Part shown: piece after piece, positions 38,775 to 48,737 of the stretch
Layout of the letters: each line of letters opens with the position of its first letter
How positions within the stretch are numbered: position 1 is the first letter of the stretch
NCBI GenBank assembly: GCA_964416335.1
Contig: CAYQDN010000004.1
Span: 64,518-128,517 of the forward strand
Length of the DNA: 64,000 nt
Direction of reading: 5' to 3'
From: an uncultured Azospirillum sp.
GTDB taxonomy: Bacteria; Pseudomonadota; Alphaproteobacteria; CACIAM-22H2
Position numbers and translations under genes: made by a program
Notes under the pieces: model-generated
Seen by the model: only the letters and a program-made list of their open reading frames with translations
What the model was told of the DNA's origin: nothing
The model's database searches: none

Positions 38775-39582
38775 TTACTGCATCGCTGTTTCCTGTTCGA
38801 GAGGGTGTATTTCGCCGATCGTCACCGGTGCTGGCGGCCGATATCCAAGCGATGAGTGCGGCCGTTTCTCGTTGTAGTGCTTGCGCCATAGCTCGATGAC
38901 GATCCGAGCTTCCTTCAGGCTGTAGAAGATCTCTCCGTTGAGCAGCTCGTCCCTGAGCTTGCCGTTGAAGCTCTCGCAGTAGCCGTTCTCCCAGGGGCTC
39001 CCGGGCTCGATGAACAGCGTCTTCGAGCCGATCTGCGCGAGCCAGTCCCGAACGACCTTCGCGGTCATCTCCGGGCCATTGTCTGATCGTATATGCGCGG
39101 GGATGCCGTGCTTCAGCATCGCATCGGCGAACGTCTCGATGACGCCGAAGCTGTTGATCCGCCGTGCCACCCGGATCGCAAGGCATTCCCGGGTGTACTC
39201 GTCGATCAGGGTCAGGAGCCTTACCGACCGGCCGTCGTGCGTCTGGGCCGAGACGAAGTCATAGCTCCAGACATGCCTTGGCCGCTCAGGCCGCAGCCGG
39301 ACGCACGAGCCGTCGTTCAGCCACAGCCGGCCTCTCGGACGCTGCTTCTTTGGTACCTTGAGGCGCCTCACGGCGCCAGATGCGCTGAACCTGGTCCTTG
39401 CCCACCTGCCAGCCGCCGGACCGCAACAACGCAGTTATCCGTCGGTAGCCGTAGCGCCCGTATTCGGACGCCAGGGTGACAACGGCCCTGGTCAGCACAT
39501 CCTCGTCAGCCCGGGCCGTGGGGATATAGCGCTGTGTCCCTCGCGGTTGGCTGACGATCCGACAGGCATGGCGTTCCGACAC
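38775..39582 (-). pseudogene. IS3-family transposase OrfB (integrase core), interrupted by an internal frameshift
   Basis: The N-terminal segment (39286-39582, HACRIVSQPRGTQRY...) and the catalytic DDE segment (38775-39371, ...IRSDNGPEMT...WENGYCESFNGK...) are in different frames and overlap between 39286 and 39371. This is separate from the usual programmed orfA/orfB -1 site. Confidence 0.65.
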
Positions 39583-39640
39583 TCGATATTTCCGTTGGAT
39601 CGCCTCGACCGCCTGCCGGCGTCGATCGGGCGCTACAAGT

Positions 39641-39931
39641 TTAGCTGCGCTGGCCTACGGCTCCCTCGGCGACATCCTTCAGAATCTGCTTCTCGAGCGA
39701 CAGGTCAGCGACCAGCCGCTTCAGCCGGGCGTTCTCCCGCTCGAGCTCCTTGAACCGCTTGGCCTGTTCGATCTCGAGGCCGCCATACTCATTGCGCCAG
39801 CGGCAATAACTCTGCTCGGGAATCTCGGCTTCTTTGCAGGCCTGGCCGATGGTCCGGCCCTGCGCCACCAGCACTTCGATCTGCCGCAGCTTCGTGACGA
39901 TCTGCTCGGCGCTGTGTCGTTTTCTGGGCAT
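39641..39931 (-). CDS. IS3-family transposase OrfA (HTH, leucine zipper)
   Basis: MPRKRHSAEQIVTKLRQIEVLVAQGRTIGQACKEAEIPEQSYCRWRNEYGGLEIEQAKRFKELERENARLKRLVADLSLEKQILKDV is the canonical IS3 OrfA. Confidence 0.85.
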   Translation of the reverse strand: MPRKRHSAEQIVTKLRQIEVLVAQGRTIGQACKEAEIPEQSYCRWRNEYGGLEIEQAKRFKELERENARLKRLVADLSLEKQILKDVAEGAVGQRS

Positions 39932-40074
39932 CTTCCGGGGCTCCTTTCCAAACTGATTATCTCAATCAGCCTGGTTCAAGAAAACCCGGTCAGGTCATGA
40001 CGACGGACAAGATAGACACCAAACTGCCTTGCACGCGGACCCTTACGGGTTAGATACTATTTCGCGAAGGCAAA

Positions 40075-40770
40075 ATGTTCAGCAACCGAAGCGACCTTGA
40101 AGTAAAAATGATGCTGATGAAGCGAAAGAACTCCAGTCAGAATCGTAGCCTACATACGAGCGAGCTAATTTTGGACGCGGCAGAGAGCCTGTTTGCACGC
40201 GACGGGTACGACAAGGTTTCAGTGAGAGATATCACGGCGCAGGCAAAAGTAAATCTTGCTCTGGTCACCTATCACTTCGGTTCGAAGGACAAGCTACTTG
40301 AGGCAGTACTCGGCAGGCGCGCCGCTGTTCTTAATCAAGAACGTCGCGAAGCTCTTTTCGAAGCAAGAGACAGCGGAAGTTTGAATTTTGAAAGCATAGC
40401 GCGCGCATTCATCGGGCCTTTTTTGGTGCGAAGTCTCGGAGCCGATATCGGTTGGCGTCACTATTGCCGGTTGATCACCGTGGTCGCGCCGACGGGCCGA
40501 TGGCCGGACATGATGTCCCGGCTTTTTGATGGCAATGCACAACTGTTTATCGATGCGCTCATGAAGGTGGAAAGTCGTTTTAATCGTGAGTTGGCGAGCC
40601 GCGCGTTCTTGTTTTGCGTTGCAACAATGATGGCGTCAATTCGAATGGAGGAACGGTTGAAGCGCTTGACGATGCGCACTCGAGTTAATCCAAAATCCCA
40701 TCTCGAGCTGGAGGTGGCATTTCTGGTCGGCGGCTTGAACGAACTCGCTCGGAGCTCAGATGACAGATAG
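40075..40770 (+). CDS. TetR/AcrR-family transcriptional regulator
   Basis: N-terminal HTH SELILDAAESLFARDGYDKVSVRDITAQAKVNLALVTYHFGSKDKLLEAVL. Confidence 0.85.
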   Translation: MFSNRSDLEVKMMLMKRKNSSQNRSLHTSELILDAAESLFARDGYDKVSVRDITAQAKVNLALVTYHFGSKDKLLEAVLGRRAAVLNQERREALFEARDSGSLNFESIARAFIGPFLVRSLGADIGWRHYCRLITVVAPTGRWPDMMSRLFDGNAQLFIDALMKVESRFNRELASRAFLFCVATMMASIRMEERLKRLTMRTRVNPKSHLELEVAFLVGGLNELARSSDDR

Positions 40771-40877
40771 CGAAAATCCGTAGAGTTTCATGTCGGAGAT
40801 GGGTTCGAGCTTGACGAAATTAAACTAACGTTTAAAATATTTAAGCTTTGTTGTGGATCATTTGTTATGAGGGGCGA

Positions 40878-41828
40878 ATGTCGCCGCGACTCAAGGTTCT
40901 AATTGTCGGCGGTGGCACGATGGGGCAAGGCCTTGCCGTGGTATTTTCCGGTAAAGGGCACGAAGTAACCGTCGTCGAGAAAAGCGAAGAGGTTCGCGAT
41001 CGAATCTTGCCCTTCGTGCAAGGCGTGGTCGAGACGTTGATGGATTGCGACCCAGCACGGTCCGAGGAACTATCGTCCGCCCCGAGCCGTATATTCGTCG
41101 CCAGCGATCTTACCAGAGCCGCCGATGCTGACCTCGTCATCGAGGCGATTTCGGAGAACGTATCGGCGAAAGCCGCGCTCTTCGCTGAACTTAACCAGGT
41201 GATGTCAGTTTGCGCAATTCTCGCGACCAACACGTCGTATCTCGACCTTACCGACGTCGTGCCAGCGGCGCGGTGTACGACGACGCTCGCTGCACACTGG
41301 TATTCCCCACCCTACATTATCGACTTGGTTGATATCGCGCCGTTTCAAGGGACGTCCACCGACACGGTCAAAAGGATGGTTCAGATCGTCGAAGATCTCG
41401 GACAAAAGCCACTGAAACTAAAAAAATTCATTCCAGGCTACCTTGCCAATCGGATACAGGCCGCTATCGCGGCGGAAGCCTATGCCTTGGTCGACGCCGG
41501 CGTCGCATCTCCAGCCGAAGTTGATTTTTCTATCGTCCACGGTCTGGCGTTAAGGCTGGCGGTCCTCGGGCATTTCGGCAGGGTAGATTTTGCTGGACTA
41601 GGATTTACGCAGCTGTCCCTGGCCAATCGCCCATATGAATCGCCGCCCAAGCGACCTCGCAGCGAGGCGCTAGACGCCCTTTTGGCGCTTGGCTTTAGTG
41701 GAGTTGATGCCGGGCGCGGATTCTACGAGTGGGGCAGCGAAAAGCCGGCAATATATCGGGAGCGGGACCAACGGATTATTGCGCTGAAGCGGATCGTAGC
41801 CCCGCTCGCCGGTAGAAAATCGGGGTGA
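40878..41828 (+). CDS. 3-hydroxyacyl-CoA (3-hydroxybutyryl-CoA) dehydrogenase-family protein
   Basis: NAD-binding KVLIVGGGTMGQGLAVVFSGKGHEVTVVE. A C-terminal dimerisation domain is present. ATG at 40878 is preceded by GAGGGG. Confidence 0.8.
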   Translation: MSPRLKVLIVGGGTMGQGLAVVFSGKGHEVTVVEKSEEVRDRILPFVQGVVETLMDCDPARSEELSSAPSRIFVASDLTRAADADLVIEAISENVSAKAALFAELNQVMSVCAILATNTSYLDLTDVVPAARCTTTLAAHWYSPPYIIDLVDIAPFQGTSTDTVKRMVQIVEDLGQKPLKLKKFIPGYLANRIQAAIAAEAYALVDAGVASPAEVDFSIVHGLALRLAVLGHFGRVDFAGLGFTQLSLANRPYESPPKRPRSEALDALLALGFSGVDAGRGFYEWGSEKPAIYRERDQRIIALKRIVAPLAGRKSG

Positions 41829-41946
41829 GTCGAGGAATCCGTCGAGGGCGACGGTAGCAGCTTGACTCAAAGTTAAACGGTTGTTTAAAATCAGCATCGG
41901 AAAAAGTGGCCGGCTCGGAGAGGGGCCGGTTTGGAGCGGAGAGGTG

Positions 41947-42828
41947 ATGGCACAAGTCAATTGCGAACGGACCGACGTTGCGCAGACCCCGGTAAAGAGG
42001 GCATTACCGATAGTCGATTACGTGCTCGCGATCGTTTTCGCGGCCATTTCCATCGTCGTCGTTAAGGGATTTGCGGAAGGTCAGATCAGTTGGCGTATTA
42101 CCGGACAGTATTTCTTTTTTAAAACAATCTTGAATGGTGTCCTGATGACGGTGATCATGGCAATCACCGCGAAGATGTTCTCCATCGTGATTGGGATAGT
42201 GAGTGCCCTTGCGTTGCTTTCCAACCGGTCGGTCCTAAAGGCGATCGCCACCGCATATGTCTGGCTGTTCCGCGGAACACCGGTTCTGCTTCAACTCCTG
42301 ATCTGGTTCAATCTCGCTCTGGCATTCCCGACGATCTCACTCTTCGGATTTGGCGAGTGGCGTACCGTCGACGTAATGACGCCGTTCTTCGCGACGCTGC
42401 TCGGCCTCGGATTGAACCAAGGCGCTTACACCGCGGAAGTCGTGCGGGCGGGGATAATCTCGGTCGACCAAGGTCAAGTCGAAGCCGCCAAATCAATCGG
42501 AATGACGCGGTCACTCACGCTTCGTCGCATCGTCATGCCGCAGGCGATGCGCGTCATTATTCCGCCGCTCGGTAACGAAACAATTTCGATGTTGAAACTC
42601 ACTTCTGTCGCTAGCGTCATTCAGTTTGAGGAAGTCCTGCGTAACGCCGAAGGAATCTATTACGCTAATGCGAGAACGATTGAACTTCTGTTCGTTGCCG
42701 CCGGTTGGTACCTGATCTTGGTCACGATATTCAGCGTCGCCCAGAAGATGCTTGAACGGCATTTCTCGCGCGCATATCAGGCCGGCGACGAGGCATCGCG
42801 CACCCCGCGGAAGGAAAACGTCGCATGA
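41947..42828 (+). CDS. polar amino-acid ABC transporter permease (His/Glu/Gln/Arg/opine family)
   Basis: EAA-like [31 protein letters not shown] and multiple transmembrane helices. ATG at 41947 is preceded by GGAGAGG. Confidence 0.85.
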   Translation: MAQVNCERTDVAQTPVKRALPIVDYVLAIVFAAISIVVVKGFAEGQISWRITGQYFFFKTILNGVLMTVIMAITAKMFSIVIGIVSALALLSNRSVLKAIATAYVWLFRGTPVLLQLLIWFNLALAFPTISLFGFGEWRTVDVMTPFFATLLGLGLNQGAYTAEVVRAGIISVDQGQVEAAKSIGMTRSLTLRRIVMPQAMRVIIPPLGNETISMLKLTSVASVIQFEEVLRNAEGIYYANARTIELLFVAAGWYLILVTIFSVAQKMLERHFSRAYQAGDEASRTPRKENVA

Positions 42829-43586
42829 CGGTCATCGACGCTTACAATGTGGGCAAGCAGTTCGGTGACTTCACTGCTTTGTCGGGCGTGTCGTTCGAAG
42901 TGGCCGAAGGCGAAGTAGTTTGCATCGTGGGCCCCTCTGGATCTGGCAAGAGCACGTTGCTCAGATGCATCAATCAACTCGAACGAATCGATGCTGGCTC
43001 AATTTCCATCGATGGTGAGTTGCTCGGATACAAGCGCCAGAACGGACGCCTGCGGGTGCTTGGTGAAGGCGAAATCGCGCGCCAGCGCCTTAAAGCCGGC
43101 ATGGTCTTCCAGAGGTTCAATCTCTTCACTCATATGACCGTACTCGAAAACGTTATGGAGGGGCCGACGAAGGTCTTGGGGAAGCCGCAGAAGGAAGTGC
43201 GAGACATGGCGCTGGCGCTTCTCGAGCAGATGGGACTGCCGGAGAAAGCCGCCGCTTATCCTGCCCAGCTATCCGGAGGACAGCAGCAAAGAGTCGCGAT
43301 CGCGCGCTCGTTGGCCATGCGTCCCAGGGTAATGCTCTTTGACGAGCCCACCTCCGCACTGGACCCCGAACTCGTCGGCGAGGTGCTCGGCGCAATTCGG
43401 CAGCTCGCAACATCCGGAATGACGATGATTGTCGTTACGCACGAACTTGGCTTTGCCCGGGAAGTCGCAGATCGAGTCTTTTTCATGGACAAGGGGAAGA
43501 TCGTCGAGCACGGCCCGGCAAAGCAAATTCTCATCGACCCTCGCGAGACGCGCACGAAAGAGTTTCTCGCATCCGTAATCCATTAA
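42825..43586 (+). CDS. amino-acid ABC transporter ATP-binding protein
   Basis: [31 protein letters not shown] and [13 protein letters not shown]. Start overlaps the permease stop. Confidence 0.9.
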   Translation: MTVIDAYNVGKQFGDFTALSGVSFEVAEGEVVCIVGPSGSGKSTLLRCINQLERIDAGSISIDGELLGYKRQNGRLRVLGEGEIARQRLKAGMVFQRFNLFTHMTVLENVMEGPTKVLGKPQKEVRDMALALLEQMGLPEKAAAYPAQLSGGQQQRVAIARSLAMRPRVMLFDEPTSALDPELVGEVLGAIRQLATSGMTMIVVTHELGFAREVADRVFFMDKGKIVEHGPAKQILIDPRETRTKEFLASVIH

Positions 43587-43601
43587 TTGGAGGATTAACC
43601 G

Positions 43602-44426
43602 ATGGCTGGTCGCCGACTTACTGCATTGTTCGCAGCGCTTTTCGCCCTCACGACTTCTGCATATGCCCAGACGGTCAAGCCCGGTGTGCTTACGGTGGGA
43701 ACCGTCAGCACATATGCGCCGATGGCTTACCGAGATCCGAGTACGGGCCAACTTACCGGTTTCGACGTCGACTTGGCCGGAGTGATCGCGGAAGAGATGA
43801 AACTTAAATTGGAGCTCGTCGAAGTTTCTTTCGCGCAGCTGATGCCTTCGCTTACAACGGGACGGATCGATACCGCCCTGGCCGGCATGTCAGACCGGCC
43901 AGAACGGCGTGAACAGGCCAACTTCATTAACTATCTCCGATCCGGGGCCCAGTTCTTCTCTATTTCCGACAAGGCGAGTGCCATCGGCGACGTCGCGAAT
44001 ATGTGCGGCAAGAAGGTAGCGTCTAGCCGCGGTGCGCAATGGATCGATCGGATCAACGAGTGGAGCAGGGTCAACTGCGTCGGCAAAGGCATGCTCGCGA
44101 TCGCAAACATCGGATCTGAAAACACCGCCGACACGAGAACACAACTGCTCGCCGGGCGAGCGGATGCCGGCGTTCAGGGTAGCGAGACGATCGGATATCT
44201 GCAGAAGCTCGATCCCGGACGTTTCTCGAAAATAGGTGGGATTTTTTCCGAGTTTCTGGTTGGCATGCCGTTCCTCAAGGGAAATGCAAAGGCCGACGCG
44301 TTGATGAACGAAGTGATAGGCGCTCTCAATCGAGTCCAGCAGAGCGGCAAGTATGATGAAATACTAAATAAGTACGGCATCGAAGAGAACCGTTATCTGC
44401 CAATCACGATCAACCGCGGGACTTGA
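43602..44426 (+). CDS. amino-acid ABC transporter substrate-binding protein
   Basis: Signal peptide MAGRRLTALFAALFALTTSAYA, then a family-3 solute-binding fold. RBS GGAGGA. Confidence 0.85.
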   Translation: MAGRRLTALFAALFALTTSAYAQTVKPGVLTVGTVSTYAPMAYRDPSTGQLTGFDVDLAGVIAEEMKLKLELVEVSFAQLMPSLTTGRIDTALAGMSDRPERREQANFINYLRSGAQFFSISDKASAIGDVANMCGKKVASSRGAQWIDRINEWSRVNCVGKGMLAIANIGSENTADTRTQLLAGRADAGVQGSETIGYLQKLDPGRFSKIGGIFSEFLVGMPFLKGNAKADALMNEVIGALNRVQQSGKYDEILNKYGIEENRYLPITINRGT

Positions 44427-44432
44427 GCCGTT

Positions 44433-45422
44433 ATGAACCGCAATATGGATAGCCATATATCGGCGCGTCCGACCGTCGTCGTGTGGCACGATCATTGGGC
44501 GACCTACAAGGCGGAGTTTCAGCGGCGCGGATTGCTCGAAAAAATCACCTTCCACGGTGTGCTAGCATCCACCGATCCGTCCGTCCAACTACTTGCAGTA
44601 GCAGATACGCTGTTGGCGTCGTCTAGCATTCCGGATGGTACGCTGAGGGCGATGCCAAAGCTTGGTTGGATCCAAACTTTGACCGTCGGCGTCGACGATT
44701 GGCTTAAACGCCGAGACCTTCGAAACGACGTGACGATCGTCTGCGCGCGCGGTGTTCACAGAATACAAATGCCGGAGAATATTCTCGGCGCGCTTTTCTT
44801 CGCGGCCAAGCCATTCGAGCAAGGCAGGCGGCGGCAAAACCAACGGCATTGGGACATCGAGCTTGTCTCCCAACCCCTTGCAGGAAAGACCCTTGGGATC
44901 GTCGGACTTGGGGCGATCGGCCAGGAACTAGCCCGGAAGGCAAGTTTGCTGGAGATGCGCGTTCTCGGGGTGAACAAGTCCGGTAGGCCTGTTGCCAATG
45001 TCGATCGGGTCTATCGCCTCGACGATATCGACGCAGTCCTGAGTCAGTGCGACTACGTGGTGCTCGTGATCCCCGCGACGACGGAAACCAACAATCTGAT
45101 CGATTCCGGTCGACTGCACGCCATGAAGCCGGGGGCATGGATTATGAACTTCGCGCGCGGCGAAATTATCGTCGATGCTGACCTGATTTCGGCGATCAAG
45201 GAAGGTCATATCGCGGGAGCCGTACTCGACGCATTTCGCATCGAACCACTGCCGACAGATCACCAGTTTTGGTCGGAAGAGAATATCCTGGTGCTACCCC
45301 ACATGGGAGGAAAGCATCCGCAGCGAAATGCCATCGTAGCGGACATTTATGCCGCGAACATCGAGCGTTCGCTGCGAAACGAACCTTGGCCCGACGCGGT
45401 CGATAGAGCACGAGGATACTGA
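44433..45422 (+). CDS. D-isomer-specific 2-hydroxyacid dehydrogenase (NAD-binding)
   Basis: LAGKTLGIVGLGAIGQELARKA Rossmann motif, with the catalytic Arg/Glu/His region FARGEIIVDADLISAIKEGHIAGAVLDAF. Confidence 0.85.
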   Translation: MNRNMDSHISARPTVVVWHDHWATYKAEFQRRGLLEKITFHGVLASTDPSVQLLAVADTLLASSSIPDGTLRAMPKLGWIQTLTVGVDDWLKRRDLRNDVTIVCARGVHRIQMPENILGALFFAAKPFEQGRRRQNQRHWDIELVSQPLAGKTLGIVGLGAIGQELARKASLLEMRVLGVNKSGRPVANVDRVYRLDDIDAVLSQCDYVVLVIPATTETNNLIDSGRLHAMKPGAWIMNFARGEIIVDADLISAIKEGHIAGAVLDAFRIEPLPTDHQFWSEENILVLPHMGGKHPQRNAIVADIYAANIERSLRNEPWPDAVDRARGY

Positions 45423-46634
45423 ATGTCAGAAAGAAATTTTGGGGCGCAGGCATCAACTGTTTCGTCACGTAAGGTGCTGCCGATGGCTCGTAGCGAAATG
45501 GAACGGCGATGGAGTGCCGTCCGCGCGATGATGCGCGAGCGCGATCTTGAATCGGTGATTGCCTGGGCCCGAAATGATTTTCATGGTGGATACGTCAAAT
45601 GGTTGACCGACGCACCCGCATTCAATCCGCGTACGGTAATCTTCCACGTGGACGGCACCATGAACGTGATAGAGCACGGGGCGAACAACGGTATTCGACA
45701 ACTTAACGGGCGTGACTTGGACCATCCCGGTGTCGAGAGCGTTTCTACGGTATGGTCCGTGCCGACGGTGCATTTCTCGCACATGGCGGAAGTCGAAGCG
45801 GTCATCCAAGTGCTCAAGAAGCGAGATTGCCGCCGTATTGGCTGGCTCAACCCAGGCGCAAGCCCATATCGTCTGGTTTCGAGCGTTCAAGAAATACTTA
45901 CAAACGTCGTGTCCGTCGATGTCACCGACGAAGTCGATGCGATCAAGGCCATCAAATCGCCAGCGGAAATCGAGCAGGTCCGGCACGCCTGTACACTTCA
46001 GGACAAAGTATTCGATGGCGTCCTCCAGAGACTAACTCCGGGTATGCGCGAATTCGAGGTGACTGCGATTGCGCGCAGTATCGCGGAGCAGGAAGGTAGT
46101 GAGCAGGCGCTATTTTTGATCTCTTCGGCACCGGTCGGGACGCCCGGTGTGTTGCGTAACCGCCACTGGCAGGGCCGAATGATCGAGAAGGGCGATATTG
46201 TCAGTATTCTCATCGAGAACAATGCGCCCGGTGGATTCTATGCTGAATTCTCGCGAACCATCGCTTTCGGTACTGTGCCGCGCGCAATCGAGGACCTGTT
46301 CGACTCTGCCGTCGAGGCGCAAGACAGCGTTGCCAGACGGCTAGTGCCGGGCGCAAGCTGTGGCGAGATATCAGAGACCAACGATGCGTTTTTGGAAGAG
46401 CGGGGGTGGCCGAAAGAGGACCGCCTTCTGGGTCATAGTCAGGGTTACGACTTGGTCGAGCGTCCGATTCTTCGACCAGACGAGCCGATGCTGGTTGCAG
46501 AAAACATGTACTTCTCGATCCATCCGACCGTGCAGACGCAGAAAATGCACATGTCGCTGTGCGACAATTTTCTAGCGACGTCAACCGGCGGAGAGCGGTT
46601 GCATCGAACAGCGCGACGCATCTTTATTCGTTGA
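45423..46634 (+). CDS. M24-family metallopeptidase (Xaa-Pro dipeptidase / creatinase-like)
   Basis: N-terminal creatinase-like domain plus a C-terminal pita-bread fold (HGLGHSQGYDLVERP-like HSQGYDLVE, and EPMLVAENMYFSIHP). Confidence 0.7.
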   Translation: MSERNFGAQASTVSSRKVLPMARSEMERRWSAVRAMMRERDLESVIAWARNDFHGGYVKWLTDAPAFNPRTVIFHVDGTMNVIEHGANNGIRQLNGRDLDHPGVESVSTVWSVPTVHFSHMAEVEAVIQVLKKRDCRRIGWLNPGASPYRLVSSVQEILTNVVSVDVTDEVDAIKAIKSPAEIEQVRHACTLQDKVFDGVLQRLTPGMREFEVTAIARSIAEQEGSEQALFLISSAPVGTPGVLRNRHWQGRMIEKGDIVSILIENNAPGGFYAEFSRTIAFGTVPRAIEDLFDSAVEAQDSVARRLVPGASCGEISETNDAFLEERGWPKEDRLLGHSQGYDLVERPILRPDEPMLVAENMYFSIHPTVQTQKMHMSLCDNFLATSTGGERLHRTARRIFIR

Positions 46635-46641
46635 TTTTAAG

Positions 46642-48012
46642 CTAGTGATCTGAAAGGTAGGCAGTAACCTCGAGCTCCAGGCGGGCATTCTTGAATGGCG
46701 ACGCGCCAACAATCGGTACGAGTGTCGTCGCCGGCGCTTTCGTCGGGAAGTGCGCGCGCATAACGCCTTCCAAGGCGGGGCCGTCGCCAGCTTCCGTCAA
46801 GTACACTGTTTGGTGCACGGTCGATCCCATGCTTGAACCGTACGCCTCGAGCGTCCGCTTCCAGAGACTATAGACATAGTGGGCCTGCGACTGGATTGGG
46901 CTTTCGCGATATATCTTCCCGAAATTTTCGGACTGCAGGGGAGGTGGCAGCTTTTGCATTTCGTCGATCAGACGGAAATTGACTGTGTCGACCGGAACTT
47001 CTCCTGATCCGAACAGATAATGGCCGACGCCAATCATTCCATAGTAGCTATTTGATATGCCATGGATTGGAACACGGACCGACTTCTTCAATCCGGACTC
47101 TGGAAGGATCGCGACGACGCGACCTTCAAGCTGTGCGTCAGGTGCTCGCAGTCCAGAGGTCGGAAAGCAAGTCAGAAGATATTCGCCAGTGAGGTCCATA
47201 ATGGAACGCGTGATCGATCCATCTGAGAATACGCGCATCGACGGCCGCATCCAGTTCATATGGTAAAGGATCGCGCTAGGCGGCACGCGTGCTGCGTCGA
47301 GAACGGTGAGGATGTTGTCCCACAGGGCCGCTTGCTGGATCAGAAATTCTGAATTTTTTTTCGGCGCGGTTTTCAGGAGAGGTTCGATCCGCTCTCGCAT
47401 CGCCGACGACAGCTCTGTTGGGGATCGGACCATATCGCCGGATTTTGCGTTGGCTCCGCCAAACTGGGAGGTGAACAAAAACGCGCCGGCTTTTGTTGCC
47501 GTCGGAAACGGAGCGGTCAGCGCCTCGAGACCCGGCGCCCATAGGTTCTTTGGAGTTCCGGCTTCGACGGAGAGCGCTATGCAATCCATCTGAACATGGA
47601 TGTCCGAATTGCAGCCGGCGTTTACCGCTTCGATCAGTTCGCCCGATGAAAGCTTGTCACCGAAATACGAGCGAACAACGCCAAGTACAACTCCTTCCAT
47701 TCCAATGTCCGAGACGAAAATGCGCAGATGGGCGACATGTTCGATCGATGATCCCGCCACTTCGAGCGAGAGCTTCATGTTTTCGAGGACCTGACGTGTT
47801 TGTGCCTTTACGCCACCAAACGCTACTTCGGAAAAGAGTACTTTTGACCGGACTTGGTCCGATATCGGTGCGGAGAGATCGGCGGTTCCGACGATCAAAC
47901 GGCCAGTTGCACGATCATGTGGCGTGTGGCTGCCGAGGAGCACGAGATCACCCGCTCGTGTGGCCGGTGGAATGTAAGGACCGAAGGAAGTGGTTTGGCC
48001 CGACGGCGACAT
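46642..48012 (-). CDS. tandem RidA/YjgF-like domain protein
   Basis: Two consecutive chorismate-mutase-like RidA-type modules. It is a paralog of the 52800-54032 gene. Confidence 0.5.
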   Translation of the reverse strand: MSPSGQTTSFGPYIPPATRAGDLVLLGSHTPHDRATGRLIVGTADLSAPISDQVRSKVLFSEVAFGGVKAQTRQVLENMKLSLEVAGSSIEHVAHLRIFVSDIGMEGVVLGVVRSYFGDKLSSGELIEAVNAGCNSDIHVQMDCIALSVEAGTPKNLWAPGLEALTAPFPTATKAGAFLFTSQFGGANAKSGDMVRSPTELSSAMRERIEPLLKTAPKKNSEFLIQQAALWDNILTVLDAARVPPSAILYHMNWMRPSMRVFSDGSITRSIMDLTGEYLLTCFPTSGLRAPDAQLEGRVVAILPESGLKKSVRVPIHGISNSYYGMIGVGHYLFGSGEVPVDTVNFRLIDEMQKLPPPLQSENFGKIYRESPIQSQAHYVYSLWKRTLEAYGSSMGSTVHQTVYLTEAGDGPALEGVMRAHFPTKAPATTLVPIVGASPFKNARLELEVTAYLSDH

Positions 48013-48019
48013 AGCCAGA

Positions 48020-48335
48020 TCCTTATTCTAGAAGGGAATGACAGCAAAAATTTACTAGATAGAAGTCGTATTTGATCAAAGAAATCAAGTCAAGCTCAAG
48101 GTTTCTCGCAACCAAAAGGTTTCCCTTGCTCTGTCAGATAAATCTATATTTATAATATATTATAACTAGTTATGTTATATAAATGATACTTATATCGCTA
48201 CCCAATCAAGTCGTTATGAGCAGACTAAATCCACATATTTAGTCCTTGTTGGTTCAAATATAAGATCGTAATATGTATTTAAATTTATCTAATGAAATGA
48301 TATTGTATTAAATGACTTTATCGACGAGCACTGAC
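48020..48335. other. about 300-bp extremely AT-rich intergenic tract with internal palindrome
   Basis: The tract falls well below 30% GC by eye, in a 50-68% GC background. It contains GACTAAAT-ccacat-ATTTAGTC (48223-48244) and runs of TATA/ATAA. It lies between divergent genes. Confidence 0.7.
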
Positions 48336-48364
48336 GTAACTCTCGAGCTGAGGCGCGGGCCTCG

Positions 48365-48655
48365 ATGGAGTGCCGTGTACGGCAGTATGTACCTATCGGA
48401 GAAGACACAATGGTTCTCGGCGACATCATCCGGGTCCATGTCCACGGATCGATCGTCCGTTCCGGAAGGGTCGATCCACATCTGCTCGAGCCGATCAGCC
48501 GGTTCGGTGTGAACAGCTATGCCGAGTTCACGAAGATATACAAACTTCTGCGCTCTACTTGGGCCGATATCCAGAATGTTGGTCCCTCTGCAAAGTTGCC
48601 AAAATTCAAAGAGAACGCTTGGTGCGGCGTCGAGACGCTTCAGAAGCGCAAATGA
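48365..48655 (+). pseudogene. flavin reductase (HpaC-like) C-terminal fragment
   Basis: MVLGDIIRVHVHGSIVRSGRVDPHLLEPISRFGVNSYAEF matches the C-terminal strand-loop of flavin-reductase-domain proteins (GDH.IFVGEVV...PLLYHRG). The N-terminal two-thirds are absent. Confidence 0.4.
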
Positions 48656-48737
48656 AAATTCGCAAAGCGCTCAGGGTGATTCGCGTCCAACCGCAGGCGC
48701 CTTGGCCGCTTGAAATCAGGATTTACTCAGGTCGGAG

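Larger units (their letters stand above)
38737..39997 (-). mobile_element. IS3-family insertion sequence (IS407 group), 1261 bp
   Basis: Terminal inverted repeats TGACCTGACCGAGTTTTTGAACCAAGCC at the left end and, by reverse complement, TGACCTGACCGGGTTTTCTTGAACCAGGC at the right end. It encodes orfA and an orfB with a DDE integrase core. Confidence 0.85.
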
